From Candidatus Thorarchaeota archaeon (GTDB lineage Archaea > Asgardarchaeota > Thorarchaeia > Thorarchaeales > Thorarchaeaceae), in the NCBI GenBank assembly GCA_048882045.1, contig JBHLRZ010000046.1, positions 1 through 22,235 of the forward strand: 22,235 bases of DNA, given 5' to 3'. The notes under the pieces are model-generated. The model searched no databases and was not told the origin of the DNA. It saw only the letters and a program-made list of their open reading frames with translations. Below, in pieces: positions 1 to 8,951 of this stretch (its first letter is position 1; each line of letters opens with the position of its first letter). The position numbers were made by a program, and so were the translations under genes.

Positions 1-164
1 ACTCTGAAGTGTTGAGAGAAGATTGGATAGTATGATTTCCAATTGAAGTTGGCATTCAAATTACCTCCATGAAGTAAAACAAGAGGTGTTCCATTTCCAA
101 CATCTTCGTAATGCATTCGTATTCCATTAGCCTCAATGTAGTTACTCGAAACAGCAACACTCAC
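1..164 (-). CDS. Alpha/beta hydrolase, N-terminal part (runs off the left edge; not in ORF track)
   Basis: Manual translation from GTG at 164 gives MSVAVSSNYIEANGIRMHYEDVGNGTPLVLLHGGNLNANFNWKSYYPIFSQHFRV, with the HGG oxyanion motif. It is clearly paralogous to the adjacent hydrolase. An AGGTGA SD-like motif lies upstream (170-175). Confidence 0.9.
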   Translation of the reverse strand, partial: MSVAVSSNYIEANGIRMHYEDVGNGTPLVLLHGGNLNANFNWKSYYPIFSQHFR

Positions 165-231
165 TTAATTCACCTAATCGCTTCCGTTTCGATTGCCTTC
201 ATAAAACTCTAGTTGTTCATTGATTTCGCTT

Positions 232-1041
232 CTACTCCGGTTTTTTCTCAAGTCGTGCTATATAATCCAAGACCACATTAGTCACCCTTTCAGCTTGGGC
301 TGACACTGATCCATGATCTGCTCCTGCTATGATTGCGAGTTCAGCATTGGGAATCATTCGATATATCCGAACTGACTCTTCAAGAGGAATGACTTCATCT
401 CTGTCTCCTTGAACAACTAATGTGGGATCTACTATTTTGGTCAGTCTATCGCCTGGGAATTCTTCTGGATTGAACCACATCTTTGTGATGTTTGTAAACA
501 GACCATCGACGAAATAATCAGTTCCGTACACCGGAGAGTGCATTTCGACCATTGCATTAGCAAAGTCGGGGTATGTTTTCTTAAACAAGTCAAAATCTAC
601 CTTCCCTGGACCAAGTGCACCAAATGCTTTCATCCCGTTCAGATAGTGGTCTGACAACTCAGAGAGGACACCACCTGCAATTAGAGCTTTGGCAAAACCT
701 GGATAGTTCATTCCGATCTCCAATACAATCTGACCTCCATCACTCCATCCGAAGATTATCGGGTTCACAAGTCCAAGTTCCTTAATCAAAGCAACTGTGT
801 CGTCAGCCATAAGCTTGTAACTGAACTCTCCACTTGGATTGTCAGTCCTACTGTGTCCCCTGCTATCTGGAGCAATGACACGGAACTTCTTCGAAAATAA
901 CGGAATTGATGGGCCCCAATTCATTTCTACATTACCAATTCCACCATGAATGAGAACCAGAGGTTGCCCACTTCCATGGTCTTGATAGTACATGTTGAGA
1001 CCATTGACTTTTGCATAATGTCGGATTTTATCTTCAGCCAT
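232..1041 (-). CDS. Alpha/beta fold hydrolase (Abhydrolase_1 type)
   Basis: Motifs PLVLIHGG, DSRGHSRT, nucleophile elbow GWSDG, GDRD acid and ADH His. The likely start is ATG 1041 (MAEDKIR) rather than 1080. Confidence 0.92.
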   Translation of the reverse strand: MAEDKIRHYAKVNGLNMYYQDHGSGQPLVLIHGGIGNVEMNWGPSIPLFSKKFRVIAPDSRGHSRTDNPSGEFSYKLMADDTVALIKELGLVNPIIFGWSDGGQIVLEIGMNYPGFAKALIAGGVLSELSDHYLNGMKAFGALGPGKVDFDLFKKTYPDFANAMVEMHSPVYGTDYFVDGLFTNITKMWFNPEEFPGDRLTKIVDPTLVVQGDRDEVIPLEESVRIYRMIPNAELAIIAGADHGSVSAQAERVTNVVLDYIARLEKKPE

Positions 1042-1144
1042 TATCCTAACCCTGAAGGTGAGGCAGAACAAACGTGACATTTATGTCCTCTGAGCAAGAC
1101 AACCTATGTCTTTTTCAGCCAAGACTATGGCCTCCTGAGGAGCC

Positions 1145-2182
1145 TTACCACCGATTGTAAACATCCTCAGCAAAACCCAGAAAGCGGTGTACCTTTAGTT
1201 CTGTGCCATCATCAAGACCCACCTTTCCTGAGAATCGCCCGAACACCTGGTGCTGTTCAGACTTGATTAGAAGAAGGTTGAACTTGCCATATCGGTCCAC
1301 AATCGGTTCAAAGTCCATCTCGAATCGACCATCACTGCTTGTGAATTTCCAAGGTTTCATGTAGTCATTCACATCCATGTGGAAGGTCACTTCATCTAAT
1401 TTGTGGGCTTTTCCTTTGTAGAAGACCATATTCTCTGTTGCAGAAGAACGGTCACTGAAACCATAACCAATGTTCCATCCAAATGATTCTCCATTCAAAA
1501 GTCCTGACGCTGACCCCCAATACCACCTATTTCTGTATGTCCAGTTGCCCCTGCCCCAATCCAGTCCTCCAAAGCTGTTTTCTGGAGAGAACTCGTATTC
1601 TGTGTCACCAATTGTTATCGTTCCTGTTACTGGCATGCAGTTGATTTTCTGGTTGTAGTAGAACTTCTTCGGTTTGCTTTTCCATGGTGTGGCAATGACC
1701 ATTGTGTCCATGTCTGGATTCTGATTGAGCTTCAACTCCCCTGAGAGACCTGTTTCCCCCAGACTGTTTGTGAATTCAGGAAATTCTACTCTAATGGTTC
1801 GTTTCCCAGGTTCAACATAATACTCGAGTTTCAACTTCTTGTCTTGGAATTCAACATTCCCTTTACTAGATGTTGAAGGAAGATTGAGACGCCCCCTAGT
1901 GAACATAGCAAGTGTTTCCTCTTGCGTGTAGGTCCCTCTCTCAAAGTCGAGCCATGCCACAGCCATTAGTCCAGCAAACCCGAGGTCGGACATTGTGAAG
2001 GTGATTCCATAGTTCTCGTTCAGAATGTAGTAATAGTCCCATTCCTTTATTCTGTACCACCCAGCCTTTATCTTACTCCTATCATATCTCCAATGTAATC
2101 TCGTGGCATATCCGGGTTCGACTAAATACCCCTTTTCGTCAAGCAGTTCTAAGGGTTGTGTGATTCGACGCTGAGCTGTCAT
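1145..2182 (-). CDS. DUF2804-family protein (tocopherol-cyclase-like beta fold)
   Basis: Motifs RIKEWDYY, LDWGRGNW, WYWGS, NIGYGF, ENMVF and HQVFGRFSG are typical of this family. Start is ATG 2182 or GTG 2188. Confidence 0.75.
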   Translation of the reverse strand: MTAQRRITQPLELLDEKGYLVEPGYATRLHWRYDRSKIKAGWYRIKEWDYYYILNENYGITFTMSDLGFAGLMAVAWLDFERGTYTQEETLAMFTRGRLNLPSTSSKGNVEFQDKKLKLEYYVEPGKRTIRVEFPEFTNSLGETGLSGELKLNQNPDMDTMVIATPWKSKPKKFYYNQKINCMPVTGTITIGDTEYEFSPENSFGGLDWGRGNWTYRNRWYWGSASGLLNGESFGWNIGYGFSDRSSATENMVFYKGKAHKLDEVTFHMDVNDYMKPWKFTSSDGRFEMDFEPIVDRYGKFNLLLIKSEQHQVFGRFSGKVGLDDGTELKVHRFLGFAEDVYNRW

Positions 2183-2303
2183 AAACACAGATAACGATAA
2201 TGCATGCTAAAAGGATTCTCACACACTGTCAGCTCAAAATGTGCAGAACAGATACTTTTTTGGCGAAGGATAGAAACTGGAGGAATTTGGAGACAAACTG
2301 ATC

Positions 2304-3284
2304 ATGGAAGACACCGTTGTTCTGACTCAATCCGAAGTGAAAGAATGCCTTTCTATGAAAGAGGCAATTGATGCTGTGAAGGTTGCATATTCTGCTTTCG
2401 CGAAAGGGCGGGTTCAGATGCCTAGCGTACAACATCTCGATGTCCATAAACACAATGGAGAGGTTGACATCAAATCAGGTTATGTGGAAGATTTCAGTCT
2501 AATTGGCACTAAGATTGCCTCGGGATTCTATGATAATATGATGAAAGGACTTCCTCCAGGAATTGCAGTGATTGTGCTTCTTGACCTGGAAACCAGTATG
2601 CCAGTGGCAATTATGGATGGGACACACATTACTGCTTTCAGAACAGGAGCAGCTGGAGCTGTAGCAGCTCAGGTTCTTGCTCGAAAGAATTCGAAGAGTG
2701 TGGGAATTCTTGGAGCTGGCACTCAAGGGAGGATGCAACTTCTCGCACTCCAGGAGATTTTTGATATTCAAAATGTGAAGATATGGGACATTGAGAGAAA
2801 AATGGCTGAAAAGTATGTGAAGGATGTATCAGTTAATGTTCAGATTGTCGACAGACCAGATCATGTAGTTCCCGATTCAGACATTCTAGTGACAGCAACT
2901 CCCTCTCGGAAAGCACTCATTAGAGCAGATGTCATTCATGAAGGTCTCCATATCAACGCAATTGGCGCAGATGGACCAGGAAAACAGGAATTGGACCCAT
3001 CTATCATGACCAAAGCATCAAAGATTGTTGTGGATAGTCTTGCCCAATGCAGACAGATAGGAGAGATACAACACGCTTTCAAAGAAGGATTGATCACTGA
3101 ATCTTCTATTCATGCAGAGATTGGAGAAATTCTCAATGGTGATAAAGCAGGAAGAGAAAACGACGCGGAGATTACTCTTTTTGATGCGACTGGACTATCT
3201 GCTCAAGATATTGCGGCTGCAAAAATAGTACTCGACGCTGCAAAGAAAAAAAGACTTGGAAAAAGGATTAGCCTTCTGGGATAA
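2304..3284 (+). CDS. ala: Ornithine cyclodeaminase/mu-crystallin family protein, probably archaeal alanine dehydrogenase
   Basis: Motifs ITAFRTGAAGAVA, Rossmann GAGTQG, HINAIGADGPGKQELD and ITLFDATGLSAQD. The substrate cannot be determined from sequence alone. Confidence 0.85.
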   Translation: MEDTVVLTQSEVKECLSMKEAIDAVKVAYSAFAKGRVQMPSVQHLDVHKHNGEVDIKSGYVEDFSLIGTKIASGFYDNMMKGLPPGIAVIVLLDLETSMPVAIMDGTHITAFRTGAAGAVAAQVLARKNSKSVGILGAGTQGRMQLLALQEIFDIQNVKIWDIERKMAEKYVKDVSVNVQIVDRPDHVVPDSDILVTATPSRKALIRADVIHEGLHINAIGADGPGKQELDPSIMTKASKIVVDSLAQCRQIGEIQHAFKEGLITESSIHAEIGEILNGDKAGRENDAEITLFDATGLSAQDIAAAKIVLDAAKKKRLGKRISLLG

Positions 3285-3294
3285 AAAAGAAGGT

Positions 3295-3323
3295 AGTTCT
3301 GAACAACCGATGTGTTCAGAACT
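3295..3323. terminator. Stem-loop between convergent genes, probable bidirectional terminator
   Basis: 11-bp perfect inverted repeat AGTTCTGAACA-accgatg-TGTTCAGAACT, with an A-run on the left and a T-rich tract on the right. Confidence 0.65.
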
Positions 3324-3351
3324 TCTTATTTTCCGTAATAATCCTCAGTTC

Positions 3352-3714
3352 TCACCTAAACTGACTTCGAATGTTTGGTGTAAAGAGGTATATTATTACT
3401 ATCAGGTTAAGGACGATTCCCAATAGATTAACGGGATCAAACAGGTTGCCCATCGCTCCTCCTATAAGACCTAGGAAGTTAGCAATGATGGCCCACAACC
3501 AAGCCCATCCCTTGAGACTATACAAGCCCCATGCAATGATGAGCAGGATGAATCCTACTATTAATAGTATTAATCCAGCAAAAGCAAGGAATATTCCGAA
3601 AATTCCAGTTGCAGCTGCTGCAGCTACAGCAATTGCTCCAGGTACAAGCAATACAAGTGCAGCAATCGCTTGTAAAATGGCTAGGATTAGTACTCCGGTT
3701 GGTTTTCCAGACAT
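3352..3714 (-). CDS. Small four-TM membrane protein
   Basis: Four hydrophobic segments and a KPTGVLILAIL...GL.SLKGWAW...IIYLFTPNIR pattern common in archaeal small membrane proteins. A GGAGG SD lies upstream. Confidence 0.85.
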   Translation of the reverse strand: MSGKPTGVLILAILQAIAALVLLVPGAIAVAAAAATGIFGIFLAFAGLILLIVGFILLIIAWGLYSLKGWAWLWAIIANFLGLIGGAMGNLFDPVNLLGIVLNLIVIIYLFTPNIRSQFR

Positions 3715-3916
3715 ATGTCGTTATTCCTCCAAACACAACGCTTGTTGTGAGTAAGTCATTTTTACGTGCGCCTGCACTAATAAAAGAAGCGTGTATTACG
3801 ATTTCTTTCAGTCTTAGAGGCACAGGATAGTAACGATATTGTATTAACAATAGTTAATATAATTTATCCATCTCTTCGGCAGGATACAGACCTTGAACTG
3901 ACGTAGTTGGGAGTAA

Positions 3917-4267
3917 TTATTGCTCGATCGTCTTCAGAGCGATGATCTCATCTTCGAGGTCATCAATACGATGCGTCATTTCAAGAACTGTATTCAAAAG
4001 AACAGAGATCAAGTATCCATAGTTTACTGTATATCTGTTCTCACTCCGGTCTATGATATGTGCTTCTTCCAGTCTTCTTGCTGCATTAGTTATGGACTGC
4101 TTCGAAACTCTTCTCTTGTCTATCAGACCATCAACAGCTTTTCGGACCTCACGCGGCTCAACAGGATCTCCTTTCAGGTCTCCAAGAAGACTGTAAAGAA
4201 CCATCAATCCAGCACTCATACGAGGATTCATCAGTTTTGCAAAGGTAAGTTCAAGGTCAGATGTCAT
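3917..4267 (-). CDS. Putative winged-helix DNA-binding protein with C-terminal coiled coil
   Basis: VSKQSITNAARRLEEAHIIDRSENRYTV fits a recognition helix plus wing. The tail THRIDDLEDEIIALK has a heptad pattern. Confidence 0.65.
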   Translation of the reverse strand: MTSDLELTFAKLMNPRMSAGLMVLYSLLGDLKGDPVEPREVRKAVDGLIDKRRVSKQSITNAARRLEEAHIIDRSENRYTVNYGYLISVLLNTVLEMTHRIDDLEDEIIALKTIEQ

Positions 4268-4459
4268 GCTACTCTTCCTACTCCCTGATTGTATTATACC
4301 TAGTAAACGCTAGGCCCGTGAAAAATCTTCTCTTCATGTTCTAAAAGGCTCACAGGGCTCTGACCGGCAATCTTACCCAATAAACGTTTACCGTACAAAA
4401 TCCCAGTACAAAAGAGGTATATCTCAGGAAATCTGTCGGTCGTTGAGTGTGTCTTCCAG

Positions 4460-5134
4460 TTGGTAGCTAGTGACTCTGAGCGGGTTGTGTTTGTTTCTGT
4501 CATCCACACAGATCGGGAGAGTGTTGATGAAGCCCGTCGAGTTGTCAGAGAAACAAAGCCTGATGTCGTTGCGGTAGAACTTGATCACGAGCGATATAAC
4601 CAACTCACTAATCCCTCGGAAGAAGAGACAATACCACTCTCCAGTGATGCAGCGCATGACCTCATGCAACAACTGGCACTCCTGGAAAAGAGCCTAGGTC
4701 AAATCACGGGTTCAGATGTCGGGGACGAGATGCTTGCTGCAATAGAAGAGGGTCGAGCCGTTGGATCGAAGATTGCTCTTATTGATAGACCCATGGCTGA
4801 AACCGTCCGAGCCATGATGAGAGTGCCCATGGATGAGTTGTATAGACTGATAGGACTCCTTCCAGATGCTACAAAGGATATTGAGGAGGGTGGAGCTGGA
4901 GACATCCTTGCCATACTGAAAGAAGATGGCGCAGTGGATGACCTGATGGAGCAGTTCGAGAAAGAATTTCCCGCTCTTACGGATGTACTCATCAAACAGA
5001 GAGACCAATATGTGGCAAAAGCCCTCAAGTTCCTACTAGGTGACGTGAAGGGTAAGATAGTAGTAGTTTTGGGTGCTGGCCACATACAAGGGGTCAAGAC
5101 AGCTTTGAAGCAGTTACTGCAAGAAGGAGTCTAA
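4460..5134 (+). CDS. TraB/PrgY/GumN family protein
   Basis: Motifs KPDVVAVELD..RY, G.EMLAAIEE, IALIDR, LI.QRD.Y and VVVLGAGHIQG. TTG start. Confidence 0.88.
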   Translation: MVASDSERVVFVSVIHTDRESVDEARRVVRETKPDVVAVELDHERYNQLTNPSEEETIPLSSDAAHDLMQQLALLEKSLGQITGSDVGDEMLAAIEEGRAVGSKIALIDRPMAETVRAMMRVPMDELYRLIGLLPDATKDIEEGGAGDILAILKEDGAVDDLMEQFEKEFPALTDVLIKQRDQYVAKALKFLLGDVKGKIVVVLGAGHIQGVKTALKQLLQEGV

Positions 5135-5793
5135 GGAATCAGTTCCTTCACAAGTTCATCGACACCTTCACCAGTTTTGGAACTCACTCGATAGACGGGC
5201 ATGGCAGCATCTACTTCTCGAATATCTCTTTCGAGAGCGTCGACGTCAAAATCAAGAGCACTGGCCAGGTCAATCTTGTTTATGACAATTAAGTCAGCGT
5301 GTTTTATTGTGAGAGGATGTTTTCGGACCATGTATGGTCCTTCAGTGACGCTGACAACAACTATCTTCTTTGCTGCGCCAAGGGAGTATCCAGCGGGACA
5401 GATAAGGTTTCCAACATTCTCCACAAAAATGACCTTGTATTTGCTTAGTTCGACATCTCTGAGAGCCACTCTGATCATTCTCGCATCAAGATGGCATGCT
5501 GTCCCAGTATTAATCTGGACTGTATCAACTCCGTGTGAGGCTACTCTGTCTGCGTCGATTGTAGTAGCAAGATCTCCGGCAAGCATCAATATCTTGAATT
5601 TTCCGCGAAGCTTGTCACAAAGAGCTTCAATCAACTGTGTCTTTCCGGTCCCGACTGAACCCATGATATCGATAACAGTAACTCCATGTCTTTCGAAGAG
5701 TTCAGCATTTAGTGATGCTGCGTCTTCATTTGCACCAAAAAGGTCTTTTCGAATATCGATAGTAATAGTCTTCCGTTCTTTCATTAACGTCAC
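5131..5793 (-). CDS. hypB: Hydrogenase nickel incorporation GTPase HypB
   Basis: P-loop GSVGTGKT, QINTGTACHLDA, ENVGNLICP, VSVTEG and NKID. Confidence 0.93.
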   Translation of the reverse strand: MTLMKERKTITIDIRKDLFGANEDAASLNAELFERHGVTVIDIMGSVGTGKTQLIEALCDKLRGKFKILMLAGDLATTIDADRVASHGVDTVQINTGTACHLDARMIRVALRDVELSKYKVIFVENVGNLICPAGYSLGAAKKIVVVSVTEGPYMVRKHPLTIKHADLIVINKIDLASALDFDVDALERDIREVDAAMPVYRVSSKTGEGVDELVKELIP

Positions 5794-6353
5794 TCCTCTT
5801 GGTCTGATAGTTCCTGAATTGCCACCTCTGAGTAGAGATAATGTCCGAGAACCGGCCGTAACAATTGTTGTTCAAGAAGGAGTGCTACAACCACCCAAAG
5901 AAATGCCTGAATCATATCGATTGTTGCGGCTATGAGATTTACGACAAATGGATCAACCAATGAAGAGAAAACAGTCATTGTTGGAATGAAACCGCCAATT
6001 ATACCAGTACCTAGAAAGACTAGGAGGTTGTACTTCAGTGAATCACGTTTTGCGAAATAGATCGCATATCCTGAACCAATTCCTAGACAGATATTACCAA
6101 ACATCGGGAGGATTGGCACTTCTGTCCCCGATAGAGCACCTGAAGCTCCCACAATTGCACCTACAATCGCGCCTCCAGGTATACCACCAATGATGCCGCC
6201 GAGAATTGAGAAGATAAATCCGGGAGTCAATACTACTGCATCGGGAATGATTGGAATCTGAATAGTGTAACGAACAACAATACCAATTGCCGCAACAATT
6301 GCCAGAGTTGAGATTGCGACGGTGTTAGTTTTGATTGGCACAATGGACATCAA
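5790..6353 (-). CDS. ECF transporter S-component-like membrane protein
   Basis: About 5-6 TM segments, AIVAA in TM1 followed by IQIP, and a Gly-rich GGIIGGIPGGAIVG helix. It overlaps the hypB start by 4 nt. Confidence 0.65.
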   Translation of the reverse strand: MMSIVPIKTNTVAISTLAIVAAIGIVVRYTIQIPIIPDAVVLTPGFIFSILGGIIGGIPGGAIVGAIVGASGALSGTEVPILPMFGNICLGIGSGYAIYFAKRDSLKYNLLVFLGTGIIGGFIPTMTVFSSLVDPFVVNLIAATIDMIQAFLWVVVALLLEQQLLRPVLGHYLYSEVAIQELSDQEE

Positions 6354-6374
6354 GTTCTGCCTCGAGTCATCAGA

Positions 6375-6752
6375 TTACTGAGGCGTTTGCGGCCAGCTCT
6401 CCAACAAGAACCTTCTGGTTTCTTCATACCATTCATCAAGTTGGGCAAGAATCTCATCTCTAACGACATCAGTAGATTTCGCGATGTAGGTGTAATAATA
6501 TCCACCTCTCTCAATAGAGTTGGTTCTTCGCTCAACAAGATCCTTCTTGTGAAGTTTGTTTAAGATTCGCTGCACCGTACTACGATCCTTCTCGACAACC
6601 ACTGCAATCTCTTCAACAGTCTTTGGACTTTCGATAAGATAGAGATAGACGGAAATCTCACTGTTTCGCAATCCGAATGCACAACATAGCAAGTCTTCTT
6701 GTTTCTCAAAGCTCTTGCTGAAGAGGTCGAATATTGATTCACGAGCGGTCAT
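6375..6752 (-). CDS. Archaeal HTH transcriptional regulator (TrmB-like/COG3355 type)
   Basis: CCAFGL..SE..VY..L, TVEEIA....KDRSTVQRILNKL...DLVER and GGYYYTY. The likely start is ATG 6752 (MTARES). Confidence 0.85.
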   Translation of the reverse strand: MTARESIFDLFSKSFEKQEDLLCCAFGLRNSEISVYLYLIESPKTVEEIAVVVEKDRSTVQRILNKLHKKDLVERRTNSIERGGYYYTYIAKSTDVVRDEILAQLDEWYEETRRFLLESWPQTPQ

Positions 6753-6787
6753 CGGTGACTTTGTTGTCAAAACACTCCAAAATAAGG

Positions 6788-6810
6788 GTTGTGTAATAAC
6801 TCTGCACAAC
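6788..6810. promoter_or_regulatory. Imperfect palindrome, candidate operator between divergent HTH genes
   Basis: GTTGTGTA-N7-TGCACAAC (7 of 8 positions match), next to a TTTATGATA TATA-like element. Confidence 0.4.
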
Positions 6811-6872
6811 CGCCTTTATGATAATACTGTGTTTCAAAAGGATTTCTTCAAAGAACAGAGTGGTGCACCGCA

Positions 6873-7319
6873 TTGGATTTTAGTTCATTCAGAGAAAGCT
6901 ATGCAGAAGACGGCCAACAAGGAAGCTCAAGACATATCCAACCAATCAATCTAGCTCCCCTAAAAGGAGCATTGGAGTCAGATCCAGTTAGGTCAAGAGT
7001 CTTGAAAGTCCTGATTGAAGATGGTACTTGGGTGACAACGACCGATCTTCTGAGAGCTGCGCGTCACGAACGACCAATCGTAGGAGCTGTCACCATAGGA
7101 ACAATCCTTAATGGAATGAATGAACTAGTCGCGTCGCGATTAATTTTGAGTAGGACCTCTCCAACGTCTGGTATAGATTGGGCTGAGTGGAGAATTAATC
7201 CAGACTGGTTGGAACCAACTCGCAAACTCCTGCAAATGATGAACAGACCCAAATTTATTCCATCAACAGCTAAGGACTTTCCTGGAAGGGACCAGAGACT
7301 GCTCGAGGATTCTACCTAG
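6873..7319 (+). CDS. Putative winged-helix (ArsR-like) protein
   Basis: DPVRSRVLKVL...WVTTTDL...TIGTILNGM...EWRINP resembles a wHTH. The start is uncertain (TTG). Confidence 0.55.
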   Translation: MDFSSFRESYAEDGQQGSSRHIQPINLAPLKGALESDPVRSRVLKVLIEDGTWVTTTDLLRAARHERPIVGAVTIGTILNGMNELVASRLILSRTSPTSGIDWAEWRINPDWLEPTRKLLQMMNRPKFIPSTAKDFPGRDQRLLEDST

Positions 7320-7325
7320 ACACCC

Positions 7326-7341
7326 TACTCAATATTGAGTA
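7326..7341. promoter_or_regulatory. Perfect 16-bp palindrome, candidate transcription-factor site
   Basis: TACTCAATATTGAGTA lies about 20 nt upstream of an AT-rich ATTAATAA box preceding the ECF S gene. Confidence 0.5.
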
Positions 7342-7392
7342 TCTAACACCAAATGGGTACATTAATAAGGAGGCCTTTCGGGCACCGCCTGT

Positions 7393-8046
7393 ATGGTAGA
7401 CCACACCACTCACGGAGCGCCGTTGCGAATGAATCAGACATCCGAGGACGATGATTTCGAAGAAATGGACCTGACACAGACCTCAGAAAGTGCTGAGAGA
7501 GTGAAGCAGGTCGTCACTGCAAGTGTTCTAGCTGCGCTCTCAATTGCTGTTGCTCCAGTGGCCTCGGTTGTTCCGAGGATACCAGTATGGGGAATAGCTA
7601 TCTTTGATCCAGTGTCAATCTTCTGGATCATTTCTTTCCTACTTGGTGGTTTTACCGTAGGACTGCTGAGCACAATTGCAGGAACCTTAGGATTGTTCCT
7701 TTACGACCCAACAGCAATTGGACCAGTTTTCAAACTGTTGGCTACTCTGCCAATGATTGTGGTTCCTTGGTTTGGTGTGCGTAGGTTAAATAGCGATGTA
7801 GGAGGGGGGTCCCTCTCCAAGGCAAGATTTTATGGAATGCTAATGATTGCAGCCTTCATTCTACGGCTTGCCATAATGGTCCCTGTCAATCTTGCATACG
7901 GAGCCATCGCATACCCATTTTTCACCATTGATTTCATTCTGAGTTATGCCATAATCTTGAATGGTTTCCAAAGCTTGTGGGACGCTCTGATTCCGTTCAT
8001 TATTGTGCACAGGACAGATGTTTTCAGGGTCTTCAAAATGTGGTAA
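7393..8046 (+). CDS. ECF transporter S component (vitamin-type)
   Basis: TM1 ASVLAALS, then PRIP...FDPVSI...LLGG..G. About 6 TM segments. The start may be later (ATG 7429 or 7465). Confidence 0.75.
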   Translation: MVDHTTHGAPLRMNQTSEDDDFEEMDLTQTSESAERVKQVVTASVLAALSIAVAPVASVVPRIPVWGIAIFDPVSIFWIISFLLGGFTVGLLSTIAGTLGLFLYDPTAIGPVFKLLATLPMIVVPWFGVRRLNSDVGGGSLSKARFYGMLMIAAFILRLAIMVPVNLAYGAIAYPFFTIDFILSYAIILNGFQSLWDALIPFIIVHRTDVFRVFKMW

Positions 8047-8123
8047 GAATACTAGCCGGAATTCGCTTAAATAGACAGACTCGTCATTCTATCACGTACG
8101 CCACCGTTACGAGATGATGAGTC

Positions 8124-8951
8124 ATGCGACGCTGCGAGTTCTGTGATAGCCCCGTTCCAGCGGATGCAACAGTCTGTCCAGTTTGTAGAGAAACCATTGC
8201 CGAAGAAACACTTGAACGGATTCTCCCGATATTGAAGAGACCAGAATCCCCAGAAGTGAGGTATATGGGGATTTTTGAGAGAATGTGGGGAGTGATTCGA
8301 AGACCTTCAGCCACATATAGAGACATAGGGCAAAGGCCAGATGCCGCGGGTCCATTCATGCTTATCTTAATTAATGCACTCATAATGGCTGGACTCTTCA
8401 TCTCACTTTCATCAAAGATTACTACAACTGTGGTTGTCAACGCTACTGCAGGGACCACAGCTCCAGCCAGTCTGGTAAGTTCTCCACAAGGAGGTATAAT
8501 TTGGATTGCAGCACTGGCAGGATTGATGCCAGCAATTATGTTAGGTATTGTTTATCTATTAGTGGGGACTATATTTGCTCACTTTGCATTCAAGCTGACA
8601 GGAGGAACAGGAGGAAAGGGGAAGACCCTATCGATTATAGGGTATAGTATAACTCCAGTCATCCTTGTCAGGCTGGTTTCAATTGCTATAGTGTTGGCAG
8701 CAGTACCTGGATATCCAGGAGTACTAAGTCCAGCAGAGTTGGCTGCGTTTACGCCAGACATCATAGCCTGGGCATACTCTTCGGGAGTATGGTATACTAT
8801 AGATATCATGACCACAGGGGCATTCATATGGACGGGGTATCTGCTAATATTCGGGATTAGAGAAGCTCACGACACATCTACATTATGGGCCACTGTAGTG
8901 GCAATTCTCTGTATAGTAGTCCTAGGATGGACGTTCTGGCAAGCGCACTAA
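8124..8951 (+). CDS. Zinc-ribbon + Yip1-domain membrane protein
   Basis: N-terminal CEFC...CPVC. Then VIRRPSATYRDI, PDAAGP and SIIGYSITP, with about 5 TM segments ending W...LL.FGIREAH. Confidence 0.8.
   Translation: MRRCEFCDSPVPADATVCPVCRETIAEETLERILPILKRPESPEVRYMGIFERMWGVIRRPSATYRDIGQRPDAAGPFMLILINALIMAGLFISLSSKITTTVVVNATAGTTAPASLVSSPQGGIIWIAALAGLMPAIMLGIVYLLVGTIFAHFAFKLTGGTGGKGKTLSIIGYSITPVILVRLVSIAIVLAAVPGYPGVLSPAELAAFTPDIIAWAYSSGVWYTIDIMTTGAFIWTGYLLIFGIREAHDTSTLWATVVAILCIVVLGWTFWQAH

Noticed and set aside
3371-4288. Plus-strand ORFs 3371-3754, 3609-3830 and 3920-4288, and minus-strand ORF 3518-3850
   Set aside because: They overlap better-supported minus-strand genes that have SD signals and coherent protein features.
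4460-5134. TraB as evidence of a conjugative element
   Set aside because: The TraB/PrgY/GumN family is a common chromosomal archaeal gene, and no transfer, integrase or relaxase genes are present.
5201-5935. 244-aa plus-strand ORF
   Set aside because: Antisense shadow of hypB. It is Ser/Thr-rich with no recognisable motif.
3917-7319. wHTH proteins (3917-4267, 6873-7319) as ESCRT-II Vps22/25/36 subunits
   Set aside because: Each has a single wHTH, lacks tandem WH repeats and the Vps25 PPxY-like N-terminus, and lies more than 12 kb from the ESCRT genes. Transcription regulators are more parsimonious.
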